Translations under genes and position numbers: made by a program
Shown here: in pieces, positions 1 to 13,200 of the stretch
How positions within the stretch are numbered: position 1 is the first letter of the stretch
Layout of the letters: each line of letters opens with the position of its first letter
Assembly: GCA_001179505.1 (NCBI GenBank)
Contig: CDMY01000266.1
Coordinates: 1-64,000 of the forward strand
DNA: 64,000 bases
Origin: Vitrella brassicaformis CCMP3155
Lineage: Eukaryota; Protista; Chromerida
Direction of reading: 5' to 3'
Notes under the pieces: model-generated
Seen by the model: the letters and a program-made list of their open reading frames with translations, nothing else
Database searches by the model: none
What the model was told of the DNA's origin: nothing

Positions 1-96
1 ACTTTGTGGATCGGCTGATTGAGTGAGTGAATGTGTAATTATCGTCTTTGCCGGCGATCCACGTCCATACACAAACACGTACGTACGCGTTGATTC
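1..96. repeat. Left arm of an inverted repeat (partner 6069-6164); may extend past the window start
   Basis: 1-96 is the exact reverse complement of 6069-6164, read base by base; similarity continues a few bases after a 2-nt indel. Confidence 0.95.
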
Positions 97-594
97 ACTT
101 GTATTGATCTCATGGGCGCATAGGGCGTTTCCACTCTGTCCCTGACACCCTGTCTCAAGCAGCCGCGCCTTGGACGTGGACATTTGCGTGTGTAAGCCGA
201 CACAAAGTGCATTGATTGAGACATGTCCCGTCAGCATCGATCCAGCTTAAGGGCAGACAGACCTATCACGCACTCACACCCAACGGACGCACATACGCCC
301 TCCCTGCCTGCCTTGCTGCCTACACCCAAGCGGACACCAACCGATAGATGGACACATGCATGTGTGTGCACACCCACCCCCGTCCATCCGTCCATGTGTC
401 ATCGGTCGGCCGGTCGTGGACTACAAGGCCACCGAGCGACCGACCCGTCGTTGTCACTGACTGCATTGTCAGAACACAACCCTCAGCACCCAGCCAACAC
501 ACCAACACACGAAAAACTCACTCATCCATCTGTCCATCCATCCATCCATCCATCTGCCTTCGTTGCCCTGAAAAAGGCATTCACTTGTTCTCCC

Positions 595-3500
595 CTATCT
601 CCCCACGACCACCCGCATGTGTTTATCATGCCTCCCATCAGTCGGCCGCCTTCGTCGCCAGGTTTGCCGCTCGCACTCACTCACAGTCGCCTGTGCATCG
701 ACGAACAGGTCTGCCCACAGCGGGTCGGGCAGCGCCGTCAGCCCACGGCCGTCAGGTGGCACCCAGTGGGGCTGCTGGCCCCCAATGAACAGTCGTCTCT
801 TGCCCGGCTCCACCACCTGTTCGGCTGCATATGGGTTGGCCGCCTTGGCTTCTTGCTCGAGCACGACTGAGTGGAGGGCCGGGGCGAGAGACAGCCGGAC
901 GGTCGCCGTCTGATTGGGGCTCAAATGGACCTGACACGCATAAGGAAATAACAAATGTGTGTGGGCATGTGCTGTCATCTGCACTTCTCCCTCCGCCTCT
1001 CACGCACTCACCCTTTTGAAGTCGGCGAGTCGGATGTTTGGCCTTGGTGTGTTGGTTGGGCTGTCTGTCTGCTCGACATAGAGCTGCACAACCTCGTCGC
1101 CTTCCCTCCGGCCGACATTCCTCACGTCAACCGTCACGCCGATTTGCTCACAGGGGGCGTAGGTGGTCTTGTTGAGGCGCATGTTGGTGTAGGCGAAGGC
1201 CGTGTAGGAGAGGCCGTAGCCAAAGGGGATGGTGGGCGTGCCGTGGGTGTAGTATCGGTATGTGATGCCATAGGTGGGGACGGAGGGCGCCTCTGGCCGG
1301 TCGTAGGAGGAAGGGTAGAAGCTCATGCGGCCCATTGGCGGCAAGGACGTCGTGTTCTCATACCTATGGTCCGTCAACACACAGACACACAAATATGCAA
1401 CACATATAGGTGAGTGAAACTCGTTGCACTTGTCTCGTTTTCTCACCAAGTGACAGATGCCCGCCCAGCCGGGCTGGTGCTATTGAAACCGAACAGAGTG
1501 TAGGCCACAGCCAATCCACCAGCCTGACCCGGCAGCCACGCATCCAACACGGCATCGGCACTCCCCAACACGGGCGAGAGGGTGAATGTGCCCCCATGCA
1601 CCAAGACAGCCACGATAGGAATCCCGGTGCCCTTTGTGGCGGTCACCACCTCATCGAGCAGAGCGTACTGATTGCGCGGCAGCTCGTAGCTGGACCTGTC
1701 GTGCCCCTCTCGCTCGAGGGTCTCGTCCAGGCCCAGAGTGAGCACCACCACACTGCTGCCTTTCACCGCATCGCGCACCCTGTCGAACTGAGATGTGTCC
1801 AGGCACTTGACGTTGAGACACCCCAACACGGTCGCGACCTTGCCCCGGCCCAGCGAGCGCTCCAGGCCTTCATGGATTGATACCAGGCCGCGTTTTGGCG
1901 TGGTGGTGTAGCCGCCACACAGGCACCTCCCACACTCAGCAAATGGCCCGATCAACGCCAGTTTCTCGATCTTGGAGAAGTGGAGGGGCAGCACGGACTG
2001 GTGGTTCTTGTAGAGAGACATTGCCGACAAAGCGGCCTCAAAGGCCAGCTGTATTGACGGGTTCCAGAAGAGCGGGTCCATATGCGGGTGGTGCGGGGGG
2101 AAGTCGTCATGTGGAGGGAGGGGGGGAGGGGGGGATGGCGACCAGGGGATGTGCGGACCCAGGGGAGGGATTTGCGAGTTCCACGACACCCAGGAGGGCG
2201 GGTCCAGCATGCCCAAACGCAGTCGGACGCGCATCACACGACGCAACGCTTCGTCCACTTGACTGATGTTCAGACGACCTGCGAATACAGAAAGAGGACA
2301 CAGACGCCGATATAGTGGGCGGTTGTTGTTTGGTGTCGTGTGTCTGGCTGACTGACCTTCTTCGACGAGCAAAGGTATGTGTCTGATGACTTGCATGCCC
2401 CCGCCCTCCTGATCCATCCCTGCCTCCAGACCAAACACGGCAGCCGTCGCCCTGTCGGGTGCATAGTTCCAGGTGTCCTTCAGATTCCTCCACGCGTCAT
2501 AGTCACTGTCATGCACACCATATCACACACACAGAAGGGTGAATGTGCAAGCAGGTGAGCGATTCTGTGTGTGTGTGTGTGTGTGTTACGTACCTGACGA
2601 CGAATCCATCAAAGCCCCACTTGTCCCTTAGCAGGCCGTTGAGGAGCCGTGGCTCGGCACACGTGGGGATGTTGTTGATGGCGTTGTACGAGCACATGAC
2701 GTGCATGGCCTTGGCCTCCTTGACACACGCATGAAAGGCGGGCAGGTAGCTCTCAGCCATGTCACGGCCGTCTACACGAGCGTTGAATATCGTGCGATCG
2801 CGGGGGATCGTCTCTGCAAAGAAGGAGATGCAATGCGAATCATCTGCGCATGCATCTTCCATTGGCACCCACCCACTCACCGATGTCATATGCAGCGAAA
2901 TGCTTGCAGCAAGCGGCTGTGAGGGGATAGGATCTGCCCGAGGGGTTGCGGGCTGATGGCGACTGCACGCCCTTGACGTATGCAATGGTCAGCTGCGATG
3001 TCAGCAGTGGGTCCTCGCTGTACACCTCGTCGGCACGGCCCCACCTACATGCAGCCACACAGACACACAGACGGCACGGCTGGCGTTTGGTCTCCGTTGG
3101 TGTGTGTGGTCATTCATGAGACCGACCTTGGGTCTCGGACGAGGTTGATGTTTGGCGAGTAGATGGTGATGCCGCGGCCGTTCTGCTTCTTGCCACGGTC
3201 GCCCCGCCACGTGTAGTAGTTGTATGTGCCCCTCGCCTCCATGGCCATCCGACGCGCCACCCCGTGCACCAGCTCCCGGTCCCACGACGCGCCCAATGCG
3301 TTGCCATTTGGGAACGTTGTCGCCTCCTGCACACACAGGCAGCCATGAAAACGAGAGTGAATCCGATGCGGTGTGCGTGTGTGGCGATCGACGTGTTGCT
3401 CACCTCTGTCCTGACCCCATGCACGTCATCATTCAGCCATGCGTACGAGGGCAATGACAGGCGTGCGATCTCTGTCGCCTCGTTGGCGAGCTGGTAGGCC

Positions 3501-3988
3501 TTCTCGGTCACCGTTGCCACCCTCAGGAAGGCCGTGATGCGCCCCTCGTCACTCAGCGACCAATCGAACAGCGTCCCATTGACAGCTGCTTTGCAAGTCC
3601 GCAAGTAATCGCTCGGCGAGGACGCGCACACCTTCCGCCCGCCCGGGCACGCGTAGTGCTTGGCTGGACACTGCTTACAGGACAGACAAACTGTTGCCTT
3701 TGTCTGCTACTGGTGTTCTGTGGTCTGAGGGAGCAATCGTACCAGATCACAGTCGAGCTTTGAGAGCACGCAGCTGCCGATGCGGCCCTCTGCACATCTC
3801 TCAAAAGGCGGCAGGCAGTCGAGGTGTGTGAGAGGGTGCGGCGAAGGCGTAAGGAACCACAGGAGGGCACAAGCGGCAAGGATGACGCCGACCAGTGTCA
3901 GCAGCACTCCTACACACACAAAGACGCATCCGTCCATCCATCTCCGTGTGTGTTTCTTTCTTGATTCCGTGTTACCCAGGGCGGACAT
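595..3988 (-). CDS. Secreted glycoside hydrolase family 3 (beta-xylosidase/beta-glucosidase type), multi-exon
   Basis: Exon peptides carry GH3 motifs in order: YAWLNDDVHGV, ATTFPNGNALGASWDREL, YSPNINLVRDPR-WGRADEVYSEDP, ACCKHFAAY, VMCSYNAINNIPTCA, GFDGFVV-SDYDA (nucleophile Asp), GLDETLEREGHDR, DAWLPGQAGG, PFGYGLSYT and Fn3-like GDEVVQLYV. N-terminus MSALG-VLLTLVGVILAACALLW is hydrophobic. The 3' end is approximate. Confidence 0.93.
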
Positions 3989-4267
3989 CTTGAGGCCGCA
4001 GCAGATGATCTCCGCCAGCTGAAAATCAGATGTGTGCTCTCAGACTAGAGTGCACAAGTGTAGATCTCTGCCTGCGGCGGCCTGCCTTGCTTCGTTCCGC
4101 ATGTGCAAGCTTAGCTGCGAGCGCAGGGGAGAAGGCGCAATCCCTTCTTCGCGTTGTGCGAGAAAGCAGATCTGCGACGAGCTTGAGTTGTTGCAACGAT
4201 GGCACGCATAGAGGGCAGCTTGGGAGCCGATGGCGTCACGGTCAAGTTTGGTCAGCCGTCGGCGGCC

Positions 4268-5945
4268 ATGGCCTTCAGAAGCAGCTTCTCCGGCATGAGT
4301 GGTGATGCGCGGGCCAAACTCACATTCGCCATGGGCACTCTGGAGGAGCAATCGTCAAATGAGGTAGGATGGCCAGCGGACAGGAGGAAGCAACCACACG
4401 CGCAATGGCATGTTGCTGTTTTCAGATACGTGTGTATGAGGTGCCTCTCCCTGCCCCGAGTGGACGTCCGGTTCGCACGCTGCATAGGGACCCCCCTGCG
4501 GCGGTGGCCAGCCAGCCTGATCCTGTCACTCGCATCGTGTGGCAGCCTGACTTTGCGGTGAGCAAGACAACAATCAATGGAAGTCGATAGATGCTTCGCA
4601 GTCGGTGCTGTGCCCGTTGTGTTCAGAGGTCATCTGAGCGGCTGATTGCCTCTGGTACGAAGAGACGAACAGAGAGAGAGGATGACAACACATTCATTGT
4701 AGTGTTCTTTAGGTGAAGCGTTACGTCTATACGAGTACTCGGACGGCGGGGATGGCGCATCGCTGCGGCCGATACGCGTCTTTCGTCCTCCTCAACTCCA
4801 CACAGCCAACACAGAGGCTAGCTCAGAGGATTCGTTGCTCACGTCATGTGACTGGAGGTGGGCGTGATGAAGCGACACAACATGTGTGGGTGGCGGGGGA
4901 ATCGTCTGCATGTTGTGTGTGTGGTGGGTATGCAGCTGGGGCGAGTCGTGGAAGGCGGCTGCTTGTGCAGAGGAGGGAAACGTCACCTTGTTTGACCTCA
5001 ATGTAAGCACAACACGGGCAGATGAAACAAACAGATACGCGATTACCTGAGCGTCATTCTCGTCGCATCTCTGTCCTCCTGTGCAGCGCGGCGAGGCGGT
5101 CAGCACGTTCATCGCCCATCCAACGGGGGTAATAGGTGCACCCAATCATCACATCCACCAAGGTATGTAGGTGCAGCTTGCTTGCTTGTCTTCAGATGGA
5201 CGATGTGCGGTTCGGCAGTAGCAGTCTTCTCACTGCGGGCCGGGATGGCCAGCTCAGGCACTTCGACCTGCGGTAACTCCATCCGACACCCGGACAAAGA
5301 CATACAAACCGCACCGCTTACCCTCTTTTGCTCGTGTATTTGTGCAGCACCAAGCCGACGGCGTTCTGCTGCTTGTACAGCAATACAGGCCCCGACGCGG
5401 CCCCCAACTGTCGTGAGGGGCCCATCCTGCGCATAGAGACCAACCCACTTGACGAGAACTTTGTGGCGCTGATAGAGCGGGAGGACATGCGCGTGACGAT
5501 CGTCGATCTGCGCAAGGTCAACAAGCCATTCTGCGCGCGGTCAACAAGCTTCCCCACCGGCATCGCATGGCACCCTGCAAACAGGTGGGCGATTCGCTCA
5601 TGTACACGGCTCATTCGTGTGTTTGTGTGCCTGTCTGTCAGCAAGCGCTTGCTGAGCACTTACGAGCGCGGCCAGCTGATCATGTGGAGCATCGAGTCCA
5701 CAAAAGACGCGGAGCAGCACAGAACTAAGAGTGTCGGAGGTGGGGACTTGGTACAGACACATACAGCATGAGGCATTCATTCGAGTAGTTCTGTGTGTGC
5801 GTGTGTGGCAGGACTTGGACTCCGTGAGGAGGCCTTCGGTGTGCAGTGGAGCCGTGTGCACACGGACTGGAAGGCCCTCCAGCACATAGATTCTGTTGTG
5901 CTCACCAATGCGCTGGCCGACACAGACAGAGACATGGTGAACTAG
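4268..5945 (+). CDS. DCAF7: WD40 protein, DCAF7/WDR68/AN11-like (divergent)
   Basis: Spliced exons give FAMGTLEEQSSNEIRVYEV, PDPVTRIVWQPD, EALRLYEY, LLTSCDW, LLTAGRDGQLRHFDLR, PILRIETNPLDENFVA, VTIVDLR, GIAWHP, QLIMWSI and GVQWSRVHTDW, colinear with the DCAF7/AN11 blades. Confidence 0.8.
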
Positions 5946-6068
5946 ACAAACAGAGAGTGCGTGGCTGACAGGGACGGAGGGACCGTTGTGTCTGTCTGTC
6001 TGTCTGTCTGTATTTGTGTATTTGTCCATAGCTATCATATGTGTGAATCACCGTACAAGCTTAAGTGA

Positions 6069-6164
6069 GAATCAACGCGTACGTACGTGTTTGTGTATGG
6101 ACGTGGATCGCCGGCAAAGACGATAATTACACATTCACTCACTCAATCAGCCGATCCACAAAGT
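6069..6164. repeat. Right arm of the inverted repeat (partner 1-96)
   Basis: Exact reverse complement of 1-96; lies between the DCAF7-like stop and the ATG at 6247. Confidence 0.95.
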
Positions 6165-6246
6165 GACTGACTGACTGTCTTTGAAAGTGAGAGCCCTGAC
6201 AAATTCCGTTTACGGACATTCACTCGACACCAGCGAGGGGAGGAAG

Positions 6247-7164
6247 ATGTCGAAGGGAGGTGAGGTTGGGTCGGCGGGCGTTTGCCGCTCGTCGTGCGGC
6301 GTGGCCACATCCTCGGCTGGTCATTGCGCGTCGGAGGCTGACATGAAGGCCCTCGCCATCTACATGGACGAGAAGGTGAGCTGCTCCCGTCCGTCACCAT
6401 CGACGGATGGATGGATGGATGGACGAAAGAGAGACCTCTACAGTACACGGCTGCGGCGGATGGCTGCATCTCTGTCTTTGACGTGTCGTGCAGTTGACGC
6501 CGTTTGTGGACGATCTCATCCTCAAGCTGCTCAGAGACCAGCCGGACGACCCCGCCTATGAAGCCATGCTCATCTGCAAAGGTGATGGTCACACACACAC
6601 AGATGGATGGATGGATGGATGGATGGATGGACAGCCTCCCTCTGCTCTCTCTGTGTGTTAACGTTCAGGTTGTTCGTCCCGTGCTCAGATTGAGGGCGCG
6701 TTGGCTGCCCTCGAGCAGCAGCGCGTCAACGAGGAAAACGCCAGACTCAAGAAGGAGTGAGTCAGCTGGAGGGACACACACACAGACAGACAGACACACA
6801 CAAACACACAGCACCACTGCGTCTTTGTGTGTGTCTGTGTGTGTGCGTGTGGCTGTGTCTTGGAAAGAAACGCACAACTCAAGAAGCGCCTGGCCGCTGT
6901 GATGGACACCGTGGCCGCCAACACTCACATCACCGACACCGTCACACAGGCCAAGTCAGACACACACACACACACTCCCAGGAGATGGATGGCTGTCTGT
7001 CTGTCTGTGTGTGTCTGTTAGGTCGGAGTTCATTGCAAATATCAAATCGGAGGACAAGTGCGCCACACACACATACAAGTGGCCGCCATGGCCGGGTGTG
7101 TCTTGTGTGTGAATCTGGTGGCAGGTTGGTAAATGACAGTTTGGCCATCCATAGCAACAACTGA
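6247..7164 (+). CDS. Small protein with RIIa/Dpy-30-like dimerisation-docking motif followed by coiled coil
   Basis: Exons join in frame: MSKGG...DMKALAIYMDEK/LTPFVDDLILKLLRDQPDDPAYEAMLICK/GCSSRAQIEGALAALEQQRVNEENARLKK/ENAQLKKRLAAVMDTVAAN.../SEFIANIKSEDK/LVNDSLAIHSNN*. The Y..EK+...++.L+..LL..QP.DP pattern is typical of D/D domains. Confidence 0.65.
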
Positions 7165-7583
7165 CGCATGACACACACATAGACACATACACACAGAAGG
7201 TATGCAATCGACAGCCCGGCCCACCAACATGTCATGGATAATCATTGCAATGCCGCTGTGTGTCTGTCTGTGTGTGTCAGGTTCGCATCTCGTGTACAGT
7301 CAAGGCGGCCCATGCCATGGCAAGGCAGGACTCTGTCTGTGTGGTGTGGAGGATGAATATGTCAGTGAGTGCAGTGGATGGGCGGAAGCATGCCGACGTG
7401 CTGTCTGCTTGCTGGCTGAGTGCGTCTGAGACAGACACCGATGTGCTCGTGACTCTTGATCGAATGAATGAATGGATGAATGAATGAATGGTCCACACCG
7501 TCTCAGCACCACCTCAGCACCAGCAACACAGACACAAAGAGACAAAATAGTGTAATTCAGTACAGACCATCGCATAATGTCAG

Positions 7584-9703
7584 TCAGTCATAGCAAGCCA
7601 GGACAGCTTTGGCGTCAGGCGGATACTCGAAGCCCACCCGGAACTGATGCACCACAAACACCGCATAAGTGACCATCTCACACAATGTCTGTGCGCACCA
7701 GGTTGTCGACATTCACTTTCGTGTGTATGTAAGTGTAGTCCGCCTCCACACAAATGCTGCCATCGGCGTCGATATCGAAGGCAACCTCGATGAGCGGCGT
7801 GCCGCGCGGGGTCGGTGGGATGCCTTGCGAGTAGAAGCTGCAGAGCAACTTGTTGTCAGTGGTCATCGCCGCCTCGCCCTCGTACACCTACAGTACAACA
7901 CAGACAACACGCATACGCAACACACATATGTAAATCCAATTGCCACGGTGCAGCAGTGTGTTGTCCACCTGAATGAGCACGCTCGTCTGGTTATCTGAGT
8001 CTGTGGTGAATGTGCAGGTCTTTCTGGTAGGCATCGTGGTGTTGCGCTCGACGACCTTGGTCATGACGCCTCCCGCGGTCTCCACCCCCAGTGAGATGGA
8101 CGTGACGTCCAGCAACCGAATGTCCGCTAAGTGGGGCTCTTGCGCACCGGAAAGCATCGCGGCCATTGCCGCCGCACCGCGAACCACAGTACCGTCAGCA
8201 ATGGGTCCGATCGGCTGCTTGCCGCAGAAGAAATCCTGTGTATGTAAAACACAACACCACACGAAGGCGGAGGGGCGTGTGTCCTGTCGTAACATGCCTG
8301 TCGCCGCTCACAGCTCACACCACACCGTGCCAGCGCCTACCGTGATGAGCTGTTGGATCTTGGGGACGCGTGTGGATCTGCCGACAAGCACCACATCGTC
8401 TACCGACTGCTTGTCCACGCCGCCGTCCTTGAGCGCCTTGTCCATCAGCAGCAGGATGCGCCGGAACAAGCGCGCACACAACTTCTCAAAATGCGTACGG
8501 GAGATGTCCACTGAGTAGTCGACGCCCTGACGTCGCACACAGAAGATGGGGAAGGGCAAAGCACACAAGCAGGACATCATCACAGTGTTCCTCCCTCCCT
8601 CCCTCCCTCTCAATCTCGCCACCTTAAGGAGCTGGTTGAAAACACATCACGCACAAGACAGGGAAGGGCGAAAAAAACACACACACACAAATGACGTCAC
8701 CACATTTTGCAACCATCCATCCGTCCGTCCCTACCTCAGAAAGGAGCTGATCGATTTCGATGGTGACTTCGGTGACCGAGGAGAGTGCCCGCTTTGCTCT
8801 CTCGCATTCTGTGCGCAGCCGCAGCATTGCACGGCTGCCGGTGGTGAGGTCCCTGCCCTTGTTCTTGCCTTTGAAGTCCTGCACGCAAAACTCCACCAAC
8901 CGGTTGTCGAAGTCCTCGCCGCCGAGTGTGTCGCCCGCTGTGGCCTTGACCTCGAGGACGCCGTCCTCGATTACCAGCAGCGACACGTCACATGTGCTGC
9001 CGCCCAGGTCCAAGATGAGCACATTGCGCTTGCCCGTACTCGTCTCGCCCCTCCTGTCCAGGCCGTACGTTGAGAGGGCGGCAGCGGCGTGGTCATTCAT
9101 CACGCGCATGATCTTCAGACCGCTCCTCGTGGCTGCATCCTTGATGGCCTGGCGCTGCGACTGACCGAAGTGCCCCGGGACGGTGATGACGGCCTTCTTG
9201 ACTGTCGTGCAGAGGTATGCCTCGGCTGTCTCCTTCAGCTCGGTCAGCACCATGGCCGCCACATCTTCCGGTAAGAACGCCTTGATCTCGCCATGGTGGA
9301 TCCCCTCGATGATGGCCTTGCCGCCCTTCCCCTTGACGACCTTGAAGGGCCAGTGCTTCAGAGAGAGATGCTGCACAGAAGGGTCATCGAACTTGCGGCC
9401 AATCAGACGCTTAGCGGCGATGAGGGGGAGGTCTCTTTTGAACGTGGCCGCAGGCGAAAGGGTGGCGGGGTCATCCTCAGGCTGCTCGTTTGTGGTGACC
9501 TTGGCCTGACGCAACACAACCACACACATCCATCCATCGACTCACGAGTGCAGTTGCTCAGATCTGTCTACCGTGTTGCTTTGGAACACGGCGACGCGTG
9601 AGTGGGTGGTGCCCAAGTCAATGCCGATGGCAGGACCTGCAGCACCAAAGACAGACGAGGCGAAAGTGAGATGTCTGCCTTCTTCCTCACCCTCGGTGGT
9701 CAT
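7584..9703 (-). CDS. HSP70: Divergent, C-terminally truncated cytosolic-type Hsp70
   Basis: [121 protein letters not shown]. Ends soon after the substrate-binding beta domain, either at TGA 7678 or via a last exon [19 protein letters not shown] ending at 7584. Confidence 0.9.
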
Positions 9704-10207
9704 GGGGTGTGACGGCCAGCCACGACGATCGGCAATGAATGCGAGCTTATACAGGGAGATCCATCCACGACGGTTGTATCTCATGTGGACAGTCTGCTAA
9801 GTGCAGTGTTGCGTGGGATTCCATATCTGCTGAACGACTGACTTTCTGAACCAACGGTTGACTGGCAAGCTGTAAAGACGCAAAGGTGTCTGTCTGTCTG
9901 TCCAGGGCATCCATCCCTCTGCATCAGGCTCCACAACATACACACGCCTCGCGTGACGACCCAGGCCACACGCTCACTGCCCTATCGTTGCACCCATTCC
10001 ATCCAGCCGCCAGCAAACCCCTCGCCACGCCAACAACACCGATAAAGTGCTCTTTCTGATCGCCTCACAGTCAAAAAGCACCGACGCTACGCTTCTTATG
10101 TATCATCGGAAGGGCGAAAAATGCACACGACACGCGATGCGGCCGGACCGGACCGGACCCCACCGCACCGCATCGCATACATATCAACATCGACGGCCAG
10201 CTCGCTT

Positions 10208-13200
10208 CTATGCCGCCTCGGTGGTCAGAAAGTTCGACACGTCCTCCTCAGTCACCTGACAGCGCACAGCAATGGTATGAGGATCGTGCGGCCGCCTGGC
10301 CGTCGGCCCCCTCACTGACTGACTCACTTTGTGGTCTTTGTTGAGCTTCTCCCACATGACGTCCTTGCGCATCGACTTGCGCAGCTGAATGCCCAGCGAG
10401 GCGGCGTAGCTCAACAAGTCGTCCTTCTTGATCCTTCTTGCAGCCAACACACACACACACACAGACAGACACACCCCGATAGACCCGGCAGACACAAGTA
10501 CCTCTATCACACTCACCTGAGCCTCTTGGTGCCCCCCACAGTGGTCGCAGCGACCACTGTGGGGGCTGCGCCTGCCGCCGTTGTCTTCTTGCCGGCCAGA
10601 AAGTCCTGCAAAAGGCACACCCAGAGAGCAGATTCACCAGTATGGCCTGTCTGTCAATGGCATGCGACTGACCTTAATTGTTTTCCACATGGCCTTGTGG
10701 TCGGGGGCCATCCTCGTTTGCGTCGGCGGCGGGCAGACGTCTGTGGCCGCCAGGATGGCCTCGCGGAGCTGGTCAGCCCCGCCTGTGGGCATCACACCGC
10801 TGGACACCAGTGAAGCAACCAACACATACCTACTCACACACACACGCCCAGACAGGCACGGCACACAAGGATATGTTGATAGAAGGCATGATCCTCGCCC
10901 GTTTCGGTTCCCCACCAGTGGTGCAGGTGTTCCATCTTGAGGCCCCTCCCAGAAATCTCGATCCACTCGGGAGATGTGGACGGGCCGGATGGCGGACTGT
11001 GCAGCACCATCTCGGCCACAAGTGTCGGCAGCTGTGGCCAGTGGAGGGCGTGCTCCAGCTCAATGCAGCTTGCTATCAGCCAACGGGCGTCCGACAATGG
11101 GAGCTGCATACATCGACAGGACAAGCGAGAGTGTTGAGATGAGCACATCGAAGGTCGCATGGACCTTCATGGCCACCTGGTGGAAGTGCGGGAGTGTGGC
11201 GTGCAGGGCCGTCTTGGCCAGAGCGAAGTCCTTGTGGGGCGCGAGGGCGCCCCACTGGTGCAGCGACTGCACAATCAGCAGAAGATCCGAGGGGGACAGA
11301 CCACCCTCCAGCAGAGCCACCATCCCGTTCGAGTCCCTGAAAAGCAAACCATAACGAAGGCATAGAACACCCACACGCGCCGTCCGTCCCCCATCACCCT
11401 CTTTCCTCTGTTGTGTAAAAGCTTACACGTCTCTCTGGTCCACCAGAAGGCTCAGCGCCTTGCCGGCACACGTCTGCAGTGCCGCCCGGTCGGCCTCCCC
11501 CCCTCCCACCACCCCACTCATGGACTCATCCACTCGATCCACGCCACGCAGGAAACGCAGCACATCTGTCAGCGGCACACCAGGCTCATCCATGGCCCTT
11601 GTGCCGTCCTCTGTGCGGCTGGTCTTGGCGGCGTCCATGTCGATGTGTGTGGCGGTGGAGAGCATGGCGGCCGCTGACTCGAGGGCTCGTGTGCGGAGGG
11701 CGGTGGGCGGCAGCGCGCTCGCCGCATAGATGCCCAAGATATCCCCTACCTCGCCCAGTGTGAACTCGTCGATGCGCAGCAACAGGTGGCTCCCGGCCAA
11801 CCTGCACACACCAATAGACAGACACAGAGAGAGAGGACTCTCGTGTGATCCGGTCCGTCTGGTTGCCTGTGGGGTTGGTGTAGTTTACCCACCTGAGCAC
11901 TTTAGCGTCGAATGTCCGCCACGTTTCTGGTTCGTAGCCGCTGTCCTCAATCACGTGTGGGAGGCAGTGGGTGAGGCCCTCCACCAACAGCTGAGGCGGC
12001 GCATTGGCGGCCTCGACAGCCAGCTGACATGACAGACAGACAGACAGACAAACACGAGAGCAAAGGATTTCGAGCAATGTGTGTGCTGGTTCGGCTGGTG
12101 TGTGGTGTGTGTCATTACCCTGGCGAGCAGCGTCTGCCTCATTGTGTATGAGAGGGTCACTCGGTGCTCGTGGAAGGCTCGCAGCAACAGCGTCACATTG
12201 CCAGCGGATATCTTGCACCACCCACAAACCAATGTCATACGAACACCAAACACGTGTCACGCACGTGTTATCGCGATGTCTGTCTGCCCACCTCAGGAAC
12301 TCTGTCCTCGAGCAGCTCCTCTATCAGCCGGAGGTAGACCGCAAACGGCCCCTGTGAAGCCAGTCGACTTGACCCGCCCGGCACCCTCTCGCCAGCCAGG
12401 TGCATCTGAACATCCCATCCACACACCGACACGGACAGGGACACGGCCAGGACACCCTCATGTGTGTGCCCCAATAGTTGGTTGCTCCCTGGCTGTCCGA
12501 CCTACCAGTCTGGAGTAGAGGAGTGTGGACCCGATGATCTCGTCGGTGGTGTTGGCGGGCGAGGGTGGCGTGCCGATGGCCTCGTATACCAGAGGCTTGT
12601 AGGCGATGCCGTGGTGTTGGGCCACTGTGTCCATGATCCGCACCACGCGCCACATGTCGCTCCTCAGACGATCCCGACGCAGCAACGTGAACTGAAGGGA
12701 AGGCCCACAGACAGACAGACAGACAGACACAGATCTCCTCTTCCTCCCGACTGACTGACTCATCCCTTTGCCCATACATACGTCGAATAGCTGCAGAATG
12801 TGTTCCTTATTCCCCAGCCCCGCCTCGCACAGGTCCTCAATGACGGTCATGACGCTGTCCCAGTCCAGGTCCACCAGCCGCATCCTCGCCATGCACCGCG
12901 CCATGCTCGCCCCCATCTGCCACACCCTCGCCGCTATGGCGTCAATCAGCTCCTCCAGCTCGCCGTCTTCATCCTCACCATATGACTCAGGGGGCACCAG
13001 GGGGCGACTGGGGAGATCCAGGTCGGCCGACAGCTGACGCAGAGTCTGAGGGAGGGAAGACGCGGAGACAGAGAGGTATGGTGTGTGTCTGTGGGAGTGG
13101 TGCCGTGTGTGTGGGCTGCTCCCTCACTCCCTCACTCACCCTGGCGACGTGTTTCATTTCGTGCATGTCGTCTTGGTCGAATTCGGTGGGCAGCATCTCC

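Noticed and set aside
223-870. Long plus-strand ORFs here, and many antisense ORFs such as 7973-8518, 35876-36994 and 44453-45127
   Set aside because: Shadow ORFs opposite real exons or through simple repeats, expected at high GC; no motifs.
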